DNA of 63,271 bases, counting the filler, from Octopus bimaculoides (taxonomy: Eukaryota): assembly GCF_001194135.2 (NCBI RefSeq). It is 5 parts of 5 records of this genome, joined end to end, with 100 filler letters (N's around TTAATTAATTAA, not from the genome) between each part and the next. Parts side by side here need not be neighbours in the genome. Positions count along the whole stretch, not along the records: positions 20,989 to 22,889 come from NW_026379798.1; positions 22,990 to 36,009 come from NC_068986.1; 3 more parts are not named here. One strand, given 5' to 3'. Positions 22,241-36,009 of the stretch are shown piece after piece. The notes below the pieces were generated by a model. That model was given only the letters and a program-made list of their open reading frames with translations. It did no database searches and was not told the origin of the DNA. Every line of letters begins with the position of its first letter. Position 1 is the first letter of the stretch. A program made the position numbers and the translations under genes.

Positions 22241-22989
22241 NNNNNNNNNNTTCATTCTTTCTGCTTTAGGCACAACATTTTAGGGGTTTACATTAATAAT
22301 ACAAGTGAGGTACGACGTCATGACATACAATTAACAAATAAACGAGGAGGGTATGAATCTGTTTCGAGTGTGGAGATGTTACATAAAGCCTACGTACAGA
22401 CAATGTCTAGGATTATAAAAGCCGTGGTGATTGGCATTAAGTGGAAGGTAGTAATATGATACCGAAGCAGACAAAATCTCGTTTATAGTCACAAATGGCT
22501 ATAAATACCTCGTTGATAAGATAACGGTAAATTTCATGAATAAAATATTCGAGATGTTAATAGTTTGAAAGTTGTTTTTGTAGGCGCACGATCTAAATTA
22601 TGCAAAAACAATACTTATTTCTAACTAATATGTTTTGCCTTTCACAACTCGGTTAATTACATAGCAAAGATGACCTCTAAATATCAGAATTCAAATATAA
22701 AATGTGAAATTAGCACCATGATAAAATTAAACTCGCTACATATGTTTTTATTTTATTTCAGTGCTAGAGCTTCTACATATTTGCCAAACAGATATTTTGT
22801 GGGAGCATAAACAAACTAACACATTTTCAATCACAAAACAGCAGGATGCACACGTGCACATACATACATACATACATACATACATACATNNNNNNNNNNN
22901 NNNNNNNNNNNNNNNNNNNNNNNNNNNNNNNNNTTAATTAATTAANNNNNNNNNNNNNNNNNNNNNNNNNNNNNNNNNNNNNNNNNNNN

Positions 22990-23207
22990 TGTGTGTGTGT
23001 GTGTGTGTCTGTTTGTGTCTGTGTTTGTCCTTCCAATATCGCTTGGCAACCGATACTGGTGTGTTTACCTCCCTGTATCTTAGCGGTTCGGCAAAAGAGC
23101 CCGATAGAATAAGTACTAGGCTTGCAAAGAATAAGTCCTGAGGTCGATTTGCTCGACTAAAGGCGGTGCTCCAACTTGACCGCAAATGACGGAAACAAAT
23201 AAAAGAA
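22990..23207 (+). mobile_element. SINE family A, 3' half
   Basis: CTTAGCGGTTCGGCAAAAGAG..GATTTGCTCGACTAAAGGCGGTGCTCC..CAAATGACGGAAAC. Confidence 0.85.
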
Positions 23208-23439
23208 TATGTATGTATTTATGCATGTATGTAAATGTGTGACACGTGTATGGGTGTGTGTATGTATATATATATAATGCATATATATATACAGATGTAT
23301 ATGTATATACATCTCCACCTTCCCTCTCTCTCTTTCCCTCGGTGAATATATTGATAATTGGCATCACTATAATTCTCGATCACTATCTGTGTCTGTCTGT
23401 CTGTTTGTCTCTCTCTCGTTCTCCCTCCTCTCTATTTAA

Positions 23440-23567
23440 TAGTTCAGCAAAGGAGACCGATAGAATAAGTACTATGTTTACAAAGAATAAGTCCTGAGGT
23501 CGATTTGTTCGACTAAAGACGGTGATCCAGCATGGCCGCAGTTAAATGACTGAAACGAATAAAAGAA
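23440..23567 (+). mobile_element. SINE family A, 3' fragment
   Basis: GAGACCGATAGAATAAGTAC..CAGCATGGCCGCAGTTAAATGACTGAAAC. Confidence 0.85.
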
Positions 23568-23648
23568 TATATATATGCATGTGTGTATATGTGTATGTGT
23601 GTATGTATACATATATACATACATTGTAACTTTGTATGTATACGTATA

Positions 23649-23693
<45 letters not shown>

Positions 23694-24375
23694 NNNNNNN
23701 NNNNNNNNNNNNNNNNNNNNNNNNNNNNNNNNNNNNNNNNNNNNNNNNNNNNNNNNNNNNNNNNNNNNNNNNNNNNNNNNNNNNNNNNNNNNNNNNNNNN
23801 NNNNNNNNNNNNNNNNNNNNNNNNNNNNNNNNNNNNNNNNNNNNNNNNNNNNNNNNNNNNNNNNNNNNNNNNNNNNNNNNNNNNNNNNNNNNNNNNNNNN
23901 NNNNNNNNNNNNNNNNNNNNNNNNNNNNNNNNNNNNNNNNNNNNNNNNNNNNNNNNNNNNNNNNNNNNNNNNNNNNNNNNNNNNNNNNNNNNNNNNNNNN
24001 NNNNNNNNNNNNNNNNNNNNNNNNNNNNNNNNNNNNNNNNNNNNNNNNNNNNNNNNNNNNNNNNNNNNNNNNNNNNNNNNNNNNNNNNNNNNNNNNNNNN
24101 NNNNNNNNNNNNNNNNNNNNNNNNNNNNNNNNNNNNNNNNNNNNNNNNNNNNNNNNNNNNNNNNNNNNNNNNNNNNNNNNNNNNNNNNNNNNNNNNNNNN
24201 NNNNNNNNNNNNNNNNNNNNNNNNNNNATGAACCATGAACGCACAAATATGCAAGGACAGAAACAATCCGACGCATGCGCACACACTCATACACAAATTT
24301 CAAACAATGGACTGTCATTGACTCTATTAGCCTAATGTTAAATATATGTGTGTTTATATGTGTGTATATGTATAT

Positions 24376-24407
<32 letters not shown>

Positions 24408-24476
24408 TATTTATCCTTCACCAACTCATTGAATATGTACATGCATGTATACGTATACATATATATATATATATTT

Positions 24477-24507
<31 letters not shown>

Positions 24508-24601
24508 ACTATATATGTGTGTGTGTATGTACATAAATATGTATCTATATACACGCAGATATGTACAAAATATACCACATATATGTATATATGTATATAT
24601 G

Positions 24602-24644
<43 letters not shown>

Positions 24645-24760
24645 ATTGGTATGTGTGTCTCTCTCTTAGTATAACTATATATATATTTAGTTACACACAG
24701 ACACAAACACACACACACTGACAGGAATGCATATAAACACACGCACTAACGCACACACAT

Positions 24761-24844
24761 TCGTAGACACACACTGATAAGTACGTATCGTAGACACAAA
24801 CTGATATGTGCGTATCGTAGACACACACTGATATGTACGTATCG
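24761..24844. repeat. 27-bp minisatellite x3
   Basis: TCGTAGACACACACTGATAwGTACGTA at 24761, 24788 and 24815, with no spacers. Confidence 0.9.
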
Positions 24845-25348
24845 AAGGCCGTTTAGCCTTTAGTAAGATCTGATAATCTTCAGCGTTTCCTGTTATTGGA
24901 AAGTATCCACTTTAGAATCAATGAGAGCAGACTGAATGCAAGCAGCTCTTTCTGACCACATGATAATATGCTTTTGTGCAAATAGATGGTGCATCCAGCT
25001 ACTTTTTCAAATTCAATGAAGTTAATATTGTGCATGCGCAAACACGTTCGCACACATAACGCTGAAAGCACTTGCTCACACACACACCCTAAGTCTCTCA
25101 CACAAAAATTCACACACACACATGCATACACACAGACACACACACACAGATAGACGCACACATGCACACACACATATATACACACACGCACGCACACAAG
25201 CACATGAGCATAAGCACTCGCACACACACTTAAGCATGTAACTGCACGCACACAAAAGTTTATGTATTTATATTCTGTTCTTGAATGGTCGTAACTTCAC
25301 TGTCCATTTTTCTTCTCTTTCCATCTGTACAGGCATTTGATAAATATG

Positions 25349-25386
<38 letters not shown>

Positions 25387-25963
25387 NNNNNNNNNNNNNN
25401 NNNNNNATATAATTATGTGTATTTCTTCTATCTTAATGAATAAAAATTCTTCTGATAGAATAAATGGGTTAATAGAAACCAATGTAGCAAAGAACACAAA
25501 ATAACTGTGGTTTAGTTCCTGTTTTTAAGGCAGGAACTCCTTGAAATTTTGGGTATTCGAGTATATTTAAGAATTTAAGGAATGGAGAAAACGCATGTTA
25601 TAATTGCATACTTTATTCCTACATATGTTTCAAAGGATTACATATGAGCGTATATACGTACGTAGCCTCACGACACAAACAGAGATATATACTAAGTCTT
25701 ACAAGGAAAATTCTCAAAGTGATTTCGAAGCCTCACTTTGCTCATTCTCTTCAGACAATGTCATTACGGCAAAGAAGACGAAGCATCAGCCTTCATCTTG
25801 TAAATATTAATAAATATGTACTCTCGTTAAAAGATTACTGCTAAATTGTTTTTGTACATGATTCGACATGAATAAAACACACATATACACACACATAAAT
25901 AGATATATATATAAGGAACTATGGTCTGCGATTTTCAGCCTTGAACATGGAAGAAGCTTCGAT

Positions 25964-26043
25964 TGTAATAAGTTGCTGGCAACTTACTACAGTGTAATAA
26001 TTTGCTGGCAACTTACTTCAGTGTAATAATTTGCTGGCAACTT
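25964..26043. repeat. 29-bp palindromic minisatellite x2.8
   Basis: TGTAATAAGTTGC-TG-GCAACTTACTACA-G; units at 25964, 25993 and 26022. Confidence 0.9.
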
Positions 26044-26539
26044 CAATACTTTTCTGGAAAAAGCAAAACAACAAAAACCGTCTTTATTAATATACTCAAC
26101 AAGTTAAGATAGATAAAAGACTATGATTTCTTATTAGCTTGATCTAGAAAAGGAGTAGAGTTCGTGGCCTTCGCAGACCTTCTCAATCTAATGAGACTGA
26201 TGCTAATAATGTTCTGTTATAGGTCGACGTCTATAGTTAAGACGTTAAAGAGGTGACATTTCCTAAAAATACATGGAGAATTTAGACAAAAAAGAATTTA
26301 ATGAACAATTGACAGAAAATGTAGAGTGTGGAATGAAATGCTTCGCTGTATTTGGTTCTGATATGTTCTTTATTCTTATTTCATATTTAAACAACATCAA
26401 CATCATATGTAATGTACCAGTGCATTCAAACTGGCGCCGTTTTCTGTCGGATTTTACGGTTAAGGTACTAGAATTAGTCACATGGTCAGTGACAAAAAAA
26501 AAACAAAACAAGAACAATGTCATTAATATTTATCGTAAT

Positions 26540-26757
26540 GAAGGCTACGAGCTGGCAGAATCGTTAGCACGCTGGGAAAAATGCTTATCGGCATTTCGTC
26601 TGTCTGTAAGTTCTAGGTTCAAATTCCGCCGAGGTCGACTTCGCTTTTTATCCTTTCATAGATCGATAAATTTAGTACCAGTTGAACACTGGGGTCAATG
26701 TAATCGACTAATACTCTTCCCCAAAATTCCAGGCCTTGTGCCAAGATTTGAAACTAA
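26540..26757 (+). mobile_element. SINE family B (tRNA-derived)
   Basis: GAGCTGGCAGAATCGTTAGCACG (A box), GGTTCAAATTCC (B box), TCGATAAATTTAGTACCAG..CTGGGGTCAATGTAATCGAC. Confidence 0.9.
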
Positions 26758-28086
26758 TATTTATCGTAAGGAGATCTTAATGAAAGAAAGACTTACGACA
26801 CGTCTATAAAATAAGATTCTGATGACTGCTAAACGCAAAATAATTTCTTTCTGTTTTGATAGGTATATTTGCCAGTATTAGCGTATATCTGCGTGTGTGT
26901 GCGTGTATATTTGTGAGTGTGGGTATATACATACATACGAATATATAGATATATACATACACGCTTTTATGTTCACACACACCTAAGTACGTGTATGTAT
27001 GTGTATGTAAGAGTGTGCTGTCGACAACACTGATGTCGCTAGTGTCGTTGACTTCTATGTTGTTAGTGGTGCATTTATTTGCTGTGGTTGAGTATAGGAA
27101 TTGATGTCTACCGTTATTCACAAGGGAGACGTTTTTAGAAGATCTTTAAAGCGACCAGGTTTGAAAACTGAGCATACGATGTGTAAAGCAATTGAAAAAG
27201 TCCTTTATTAGTTACTGGCAATTGGTTGAAGAGAAGAAGTAGGCATGAGAGCGGAAGAAAGATTGATAGATTCACATTTGTCGAACACAGACAGTAAATA
27301 GCTTTCAGACTTAATTAGCTGATTTCCACCAACACTACACGAAATCTACGTCTATTGAAACTCAAACATTGAACTTTTATATCACTGGCATTTGCAACTT
27401 GCAGTAGAATTTATCATGGCGACTTTATAAGGTAGAGGGTAGAGAACAGCTGCACACAAGTTCTGCCGTACGCACACGTACATGGTTACAGATAGAGACG
27501 AACATATTTCATATACTTTACATACTCTCACACACATCTCTAAATACAAACACATAGATTTTCTTCAGGGTTACACATACACAAACACACACAGATACAT
27601 ACATACATACATGCATACATACATACGTACACACATAGCTACGTACACTCTTCCACATATCTATAAGTACTGAGATATTTCTTCGTGGTTACACATATAT
27701 GAACACTTTTACATACCTTTAAGTATAGACATACTTTCTTCATTCTTACATCAGCAAACGCACACGCACGCATACACACACGTATACTCACACACGCATA
27801 TACACACATATACTCACAAGTAAATATATACAGCTTCACAAATCCAAACACAAATATATATACACATACGTGCATAAAATATATGATATATTTATAAACT
27901 CAATATTAACCAGGTTGTTAGAAACTGAATCGTTTTATCAGAATTTGAACTACAAATCTCTTACTTTGAAAAAATTGCATTCTTTTTGGTCAGGGGCAAA
28001 TTAGCTCTGGTCAAGTTAATCTATGGTCAGCGATGCTCCCCGAGGATTAAATTATTTGATGTATCCTTTTCTTCATTATTATAACA

Positions 28087-28650
28087 GTGGAAAATCGTTG
28101 ACATACCGGACAAAATGCTTAGCGGCATTTCGTCCGTCTTTACATTCTGAATTCAAAATTTTGCCGAGGTCGACTTTGCTTTTCGTCCTTTCGGGGTCGA
28201 TAAAATAAGTACCAGTGGAGCACTGGGGTCGATGTAATCGACTGGCCCCCATCCTCCTAACTTTATGGCTTTGTGGAAGGTGGCGAGCTTGTGGAATGGT
28301 TAATGAGTCGGACAAAATGTTTAGTGGCATTTTTTCCGGCACATAACGTTCTGGGTTCAAATTCTACCCAGGTTGACTTTGCCTTTAATACTTTCGGGGT
28401 CAACAGAATAAGTACCCCTTAAACACTGGGGTTGCTGTAATCGACTTACACCATCCTCTAAAATTACTAGCATTGTGCCAGAATTTGAAGCCATTAAGAC
28501 AATAGTTGGCAGAATCATTAGCACGCCGGATCAAATGCTTAGTGGCATTTCTTCCAGTTCTATGTTCTGAGTTCGAATACCGCCGTGGTCGGCTTTATCT
28601 TCCAACATTTCGGGGACGATTAAATAAGTACCAGTTAATCATTAGGGTCG
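28087..28650 (+). mobile_element. Three head-to-tail SINE family B copies
   Basis: Heads near 28087, 28283 and 28505, each with a B box and the GGGGTCGAT/AAGTACC core. Confidence 0.85.
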
Positions 28651-30601
28651 ATCTTGATGGTGGTGGTGGTGATGATGGTGGTTGATATTGTTGATGGGTG
28701 GTAGCAGTGGTCATGGGTCATGGTTATGGAGGTTGTGATGGTGGTGGTGGTTGTCGTGGTGGTAGCGATGTGAAGTGGTGATGGTGGTGGCGATAGTGGT
28801 AGCTATGTATGCTGTTGTTGGTAGCGGTGGGTATGGTGGTGCAAGATGGTTGCTTGATGTAGGTCTGTTTCATCTCTCCTCCTTGACCTTTGATGGATGG
28901 ACGTTTTCGGGACTTCAAGGATTATATGTCCACAAGGATACTGAGGTTGAAATGGTAGTGCTAGTGCATCTGATCCATTTTACAACTATTACTGCTCTTT
29001 GGTCAGGTTGTTACTACTGTTTTTATTCCCGCTGGTAATGTTGCTGCTGCTACTACTGCTGCAGCTGTTGCTGCTGCTTCTGTTGTTGTTGTTCTAGCAA
29101 GACTAATGGTAGTAGGATAAGAAAATAATTTTGACTTTCGAAGTCGGGTAGAAATTTCTCACGTCATGTATGTCACCACAGTTTTATAAAATTATATCAC
29201 AATGCGTTCTTTATCCTCACCCTGGTGACAAATAAGTTCAGGGAATCTTTCCAGGTCCTCAAGGTTTTGTCAGTTACTATATTTCGAAGGTTATCACCAA
29301 TTAGCTTTCCTTGTTAGTCGATCTGGCGTAGGTCATATTTCTATATGCATGCTCTTTTTTTTTTTAATAGTGATTCTAACTACAATGGCATGCCTTGCAG
29401 CGTGATTTTCATTACAAAATAAAAAAATATTTCATTTTTGTATCTAATCTGCAACATTCTTGGTGTGAATTCCTGTGTTGAAACATGCTTTGTTGCATCC
29501 AGGGTGGGTCATTATGCCAGTAATAAACTCACGCACTGGTTCTATTTCACTTCTCTATTTGTCATTTATCAATTAGTTAACAATTTAACCAATTAGCTAT
29601 ACTAATTGATTGCTTGATTATTCATTCGTTCAATTAATCACTCAGCTAGGTTCAAGCGAGTCCTTTTGTCACTATTCTCGATCTCAGCAATGATCCTCCT
29701 CAAATACAACGGAAATAAAAATAAGGATGCCAAAACATGTTAAAAACAAATTTCAATCAATAAATGATAGGTTCCTCCAACAGTTGAACAGCCCAGAAAC
29801 GAAACACCCAATGCTTTAATAGATAATTTCGTGACATATCACTTCAGTTTCGACGACGACACCATTGGTAGAAGGATCAACATCACAACATCTAATTTAC
29901 CTAAAACACACAGACGCTGTGTCAATTCAGATAGCAACAAAACATTGTTCTCTCTCATAGACTCCACAAATATATCTTCACGAGAGATAGTCGTTAACAG
30001 GACGAATATTGCAATCGATCGCTAAACAACAAATAGGGTATTGTTACGTTCACAATTTTACAAGGACATTAACGACATCAAAGAAATTAGATAGTTAGCT
30101 ACGACCAAGGATTGAAACTGAATCGAAGTATATCACCCCTATAACAAAGTAGAATGATATATTTCCAAATGGGAAGTACTAACTAATACACTGGCAACAT
30201 GTATTTCTAGTGTCGAAAATTTCAAACACTTTTTCCTGTCTGTTCCAAAACTTGTCGTAATGACACGTTACGGACATATTCTCTCATAAACTCTTATGAT
30301 AACCTCGGAGATAGCCTTGTAAATGTGTATATTTAAGTCAATTAACTACACCATTACCTCTACTGTCGCGCAAAAACAGAGAAATATCTACATTTAGCTA
30401 GATATAACCATAAGCGTATTAGAATTCGTTCGTATACGCACTGCACCTTCATGAAAGAGGGGCTAAGTAGAATAATTCAAACGCACACGATATCCTAATT
30501 CCTAGATGTAAAACATATACAAAATGCTTGCCCCTAAAGAACACAAATACACACGCACGGACGCACACAGATACACACAGCCACAGACACACACAGATAC
30601 A

Positions 30602-30642
<41 letters not shown>

Positions 30643-30697
30643 TCTCATAGATGTTATGTGTGTTGCATACACGTATACATATATATATGTCTATGTA

Positions 30698-30743
<46 letters not shown>

Positions 30744-30909
30744 NNNNNNNNNNNNNNNNNNNNNNNNNNNNNNNNNNNNNNNNNNNNNNNNNNNNNNNNN
30801 NNNNNNNNNNNNNNNNNNNNNNNNNNNNNNNNNNNNNNNNNNNNNNNNNNNNNNNNNNNNNNNNNNNNNNNNNNNAAGTTTGTGTTGAAGTATATATGAA
30901 CATATACGA

Positions 30910-31072
30910 TTGTATTCTTTTATTTGTTTCAGTCATTTGACTGCGGCCATGCTGGAGCACCGCCTGTGGTCGAATCAAATCGACCCCAGGACTTATTCTT
31001 TGTAAGCCTAGTACTTATTCTATCCGTATCTTTTGTGGAACCGCTAAGTTACGGGGACGTAAACACACACCG
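30910..31072 (-). mobile_element. SINE family A, 3' half, abutting the Penelope fragment
   Basis: GTTTCAGTCATTTGACTGCGGCCATGCTGGAGCACCGCC..CGTAAACACAC. Confidence 0.9.
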
Positions 31073-31077
31073 TAAAC

Positions 31078-31234
31078 AGCGGGAATGGCGCGAGACCGGG
31101 GTGTCACTGCCGAGTCTGATGTCTCGGAGGTGCTCCGCGAACCGGTCAACCAAGCGGCGTCCCATTTGACTGATGTACAGAGAAGGGCAGAAAGAGCAGG
31201 AGATGCAGTAAATGACGTTGCTAGAAGTGCAGGT
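31078..31234 (-). mobile_element. Penelope-like element GIY-YIG endonuclease fragment
   Basis: TCTSSNVIYCISCSFCPSLYISQMGRRLVDRFAEHLRDIRLGSDTPVSRH matches the PLE pattern C.S.NV(I/V)Y.I.C..C...Y(I/V)G.T.R.L..R..EH.....PV..H. Confidence 0.85.
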
Positions 31235-31374
31235 ATATATGTATATAGATACACACACACACACACACACGCACACACACACACACACACACACACCCAT
31301 ACACACACATACACACATACATACATACCCTACCATTCATCAGTCGTATATATTTATATTGTTCTAAATATGAA

Positions 31375-31810
31375 GGCGGCAAATAGGTAGAATCGTTAGA
31401 ACGCCAGGCAAAAAGCTTAGCGGTATTGACCTCAATTAAGGCGGGGAGCTGACAGAATCGTTAGCACGCCGGACGAAAAGCTTAGCGGTATTTCGTCTGC
31501 CGTTACGTTCTGAGTTCAAATTCCGCCGAGGTCGACTTTGCCTTTCATCCTTTCGGGGTCGATAAATTAAGTACCAGTTACGCACTGGGGTCGATGTAAT
31601 CGACTTAATCCGTTCGTCTGTTCTTGTTTGTTCCCTCTATGTTTAGCCCCTTGTGGGCAATAACGAAATAGGTATTGAGCTCAATTTACGCTGAAATCCA
31701 CTTTGCCTTCCATAGTTTCGGAGTCGGCAGAATAAGTACTATTTGAACACTGGGGTCGATGTAATCGACTTACCCAATGCTCCGAAATTTGACCTTGTGC
31801 TAAAATTTTA
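31375..31810 (+). mobile_element. SINE B (31438-31670) nested inside an older SINE B, with a 16-bp TSD
   Basis: GGTATTGA(C/G)CTCAATT at 31422-31437 and 31671-31686. The older head (31375-31421) and tail (31687-31810) flank it. Confidence 0.85.
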
Positions 31811-32472
31811 AATCAAAATTACTCTTTATATTAACTATAGGTTATATTGACTGACCTCAGATTCACTTATGCCTAAACACTGATTGCCGCAGATACTGCT
31901 GTAATTTTCACGCCCTTCGTGGTCTACTGGCGCAAATCAGTCAATGAAGTCGGTCCAGATTTGCCTCACTTCGCTTTTTCCCATTGGTAACAGCTAAGAA
32001 GCTAGAAGCACCGATGACTGGGAATGTGATAGGTGGCAGCACTGGACTCATATGGTGTTTTTACACCTTCTTTTACCATGAGAGAGAAGTTTTCTTTACG
32101 GCAACTGTAGTGAATTTGCCTTTAGCTGTTGAAATTTGCCGCACACATTTTAACTAACCAAAAGTTCACTTATACACAAACACACACATATACACACACA
32201 TGCGCGTGCATGCACACACACAAACACACACAAACACACACACAAATATATATGTACACACAATTAGCAATAAGAAGGTGTAATTTACATATAATTTACA
32301 TACAATTCTTATAAGACAGAAATAGAAAAGGTAGCGTAAAATTCGTGAATTCTGTGTCTACACACACAAACACATAAGATACATATTCACACACACAATC
32401 ATGTACATTTATTCCCATACACGCGTATACACACAAGTATATGTATATATTCATGTACATATGTTATAAATT

Positions 32473-32526
<54 letters not shown>

Positions 32527-33360
32527 AATTTATATATATATATTTGTACCTGTGTGCATATTATGTGTGTGGTTGTAGCTGTAGGTGAGTGAATGAGCGG
32601 TGAACGCCCTCGTGTGAATGTATATACATATATATGTGTGTATGTACATGTGAGTGTGTATGTGTGTATGTGTATCTGTGTGTGTGTGTGTGCATGTGTG
32701 CGTGTGTACACACTTATCTTACACTATTACTCCGTCACTATCATAATGGTTTGAAAAATTGCAAAGAGAAAGATAAATCCAAGACTGGCCAAAAGCAGCC
32801 ACATCATAAGATATTGCTAAATAGTATTTTTCAAACTGGGAAATTTCTTATCTCTCCGGACAGACCCTTTCAGCATTTCAATAACTACACTTAGGCACTA
32901 AAGAACATAATCATGCGAAGATTTCTGTGATAAAACCTTCCATTGAAGACAAGTTTTAAAATGGCGTCGGATAATAACATCGATGGTTCATAAGAAACAA
33001 GTAAATAACAGATAGAGCAAAAGGCTTAAAGGAAAGAGAACTGAAATCATTTATTGGCAGATATTCTTGTTGTCGTTGTTATTGCTATTATGATTGTTGT
33101 ATTTGGCCGTGTTCTGCTTTGATTATTTTTCCCTGTGTTGATGTTGGTGTTGTAACTGTAGTCGTTAGAGCAGAGCTAGTGTTGGCCATTACTGTAACAG
33201 TAACCTCATTACTGCTTTATTTTCACTAAGCATGTATATTTTGGCAAAGGGAGGGTGGATAGTTTGTATGAAATAATCATTATATTTTGCTGTTACATAT
33301 TACAACAGTGAAAGAATAAAAACTAAAGGCGTGCGTCGTAATAGTTGACTTCAGAATGTA

Positions 33361-33572
33361 CAGGGTGTCCACAAAGACTGGGTACATGGAGTAAATAAAA
33401 TCTTAACATAAACAATTAGATATAAGAAATAATAATTTCTTAAAGTATGTCTTAATCCACATGTGAGTACGTGGAGTAAATAAAATCATAACATAAACAA
33501 TTAAATATAAGAAATGATAATTTCTTAAAACATGTCTTAATCCCCATGTACCTAGACTTTGTGGACACCCTG
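33361..33572. mobile_element. Tc1/mariner-type MITE, 212 bp, TA target duplication
   Basis: TA|CAGGGTGTCCACAAAGACTGGGTACATGG ... CCATGTACCTAGACTTTGTGGACACCCTG|TA (29-bp TIR, 2 mismatches). The interior is an ~84-bp tandem duplication. Confidence 0.92.
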
Positions 33573-33619
33573 TATGTAGGTCTCTTCAATTTTTTAATTA
33601 TTATAAATCTTCCGCTTAG

Positions 33620-33925
33620 GAGGAAGCCGGTTTCCAACAAAGATACAAGGCTCCATCTTTGGGTTGTGAGTTCGATTTCCGGACCGGGCTGCGCGTTGTG
33701 TTCTTGAGCAAGATACTTTATTTCACGTTGCTCCAGTTCACTCAGCTGTAGAAATGAGTTGTGACGTCACAGGTGCCAAGCTGTGTCGGCACCTGTGACG
33801 AGAAGAGGCTGGTATGCATGAGCGGTTGCTGGTCTTCCACAAACAACCTTGCCCGGACTTGTGCCTCGGAGGGTAGCTTTCTTGGTGCAATCCCATGGTC
33901 ATTCATGACCGAAGGGGGTCTCCTC
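33620..33925 (+). mobile_element. SINE family D (tRNA-like head)
   Basis: GAGTTCGATTTCC (B box), GCGTTGTGTTCTTGAGCAAGATAC..CAGCTGTAGAAATGAG..TCATTCATGACCGAAGGGGGTC; same body at 48250-48665. Confidence 0.8.
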
Positions 33926-34670
33926 GATGGTAATGGAAGTAGTGGTGATTGGAACTGTGGCAGTATTAGGGGTCATGGTAGTAGTGCTAGTAGGGATTGG
34001 TGGGGGCGGTAGTGGTGCTGATAGAGATGCTTGTAGAAGTAGTAGTGATAATGGTGGTCGTAGTAGTGATGGTAGCAGTGACTGCGTTAGTGGTAGTGGT
34101 GATGGTAATTGAACTGCTGGTGGATTTATTGGTGCAGGTAACGATGTTGCTTCTTGTGCTTGTGTTGGTGGTAGCGATGACCGTGGTGGTGTAGTGGTGG
34201 TGGTGATGATGGTTGTGCTGGTGGTACTAGTTGCAGTGGTAGTAGCCATCCTCATGATAGTGGTCGAGGCATTGGAGATGACCGTGGTGAAGATGATGAC
34301 TGTACTAGATGTAATGGTTGTGGTGGTAGTGGCCACCATCATGGCAGTGGCCTAGGCTTTGGAGGTGGTTGTAGTGGTAATATTCTTTTCTACTCTCGGC
34401 ACAACGCCCGAAATTTTGAGAGAGAGGGCCAGTCGATTATGGCAGTGGTCTAGACTTTGGAGATGGCTGTGGTGGTAGCGACGATCATCATGGTAGTGAC
34501 CGAGGCTTTGGAGGTGTCTGTGCTGGTGTTTGTACTGGTGGTAGCTGTAAAATATTTGCGCTCATAGTGGTGTTGGTGGTGTTAGTAATTGGTGGCGGTT
34601 GTTGTAGTAGTAAATAAACGTTATGGTGGCAGAGTTAGTGGTTGTAGTAGTAGCAATGAATAGGGGGCAG
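33926..34670. repeat. Degenerate (GGT/GTA)n low-complexity tract; a similar tract is at 28660-28840
   Basis: Directly visible. Explains the Thr- and Val-rich spurious ORFs. Confidence 0.85.
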
Positions 34671-34857
34671 TGGTGGTATGTTGGTGCGCAAGATTTCATT
34701 GCACTTTAGCTGAACCTGATTATAGCGTGTTTCATATAAGCTTTTCCAGCTACGAATTACACTTGTTCAGGACTCTATTCAATGAGAGATCGCTCAATAC
34801 ACACATCTTACAAACACATACAAACACAAACATAAATGCACTCGCATACACACACGC

Positions 34858-34890
<33 letters not shown>

Positions 34891-35422
34891 TANNNNNNNN
34901 NNNNNNNNNNNNNNNNNNNNNNNNNNNNNNNNNNNNNNNNNNNNNNNNNNNNNNNNNNNNNNNNNNNNNNNNNNNNNNNNNNNNNNNNNNNNNNNNNNNN
35001 NNNNNNNNNNNNNNNNNNNNNNNNNNNNNNNNNNNNNNNNNNNNNNNNNNNNNNNNNNNNNNNNNNNNNNNNNNNNNNNNNNNNNNNNNNNNNNNNNNNN
35101 NNNNNNNNNNNNNNNNNNNNNNNNNNNNNNNNNNNNNNNNNNNNNNNNNNNNNNNNNNNNNNNNNNNNNNNNNNNNNNNNNNNNNNNNNNNNNNNNNNNN
35201 NNNNNNNNNNNNNNNNNNNNNNNNNNNNNNNNNNNNNNNNNNNNNNNNNNNNNNNNNNNNNNNNNNNNNNNNNNNNNNNNNNNNNNNNNNNNNNNNNNNN
35301 NNNNNNNNNNNNNNNNNNNNNNNNNNNNNNNNNNNNNNNNNNNNNNNNNNNNNNNNNNNNNNNNNNNNNNNNNNNNNNNNNNNNNNNNNNNNNNNNNNNA
35401 ATGCACTCGCATACACACACGC

Positions 35423-35468
<46 letters not shown>

Positions 35469-35934
35469 GTATGTATATATATGTGTGTATAATTACAGAT
35501 ACCTATGCTTATATTCATATATAGATCACAAATATTTGAGTCTAGCAAAACTGAAATTCTTGCGAGTGATCCAGGCAAGTCATGCAACACACGAACAAAG
35601 ACAGATACACGCAAACAACACGCCGCTCGCACACATACGCGCACACATATCTGCATACTTTCTCTCTTTCTCTTTCTCTCTCACACACACATACACATCC
35701 ACACACGAACACGCATAATAATAAGTGTGTGTAGAGAGAGAAATAGGAGACAGCGGAAAAAAGAAGAGGAGGATAAGGAGGAGAGACAGATAGTCAAATT
35801 AATATTAATAAATAGATAATGTGATGAGTATGGCGCTACCATCCATCGATCCGTCCATTCATCCCTAAAGCCATTCATCACTCATCAGACACGCACTTGC
35901 TCTCTCTCCTCCTGTCTCTCTCTATATCTATCTG

Positions 35935-36009
<75 letters not shown>

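Noticed and set aside
24761-24844. 27-bp repeats as a CRISPR array (also the 29-bp repeats at 25964)
   Set aside because: Units are contiguous with no spacers, there are no cas genes, and the context is eukaryotic.
33899-34342. Mucin-like Thr/Pro-rich ORF
   Set aside because: Product of a degenerate GGT/GTA repeat; no splice or domain evidence.
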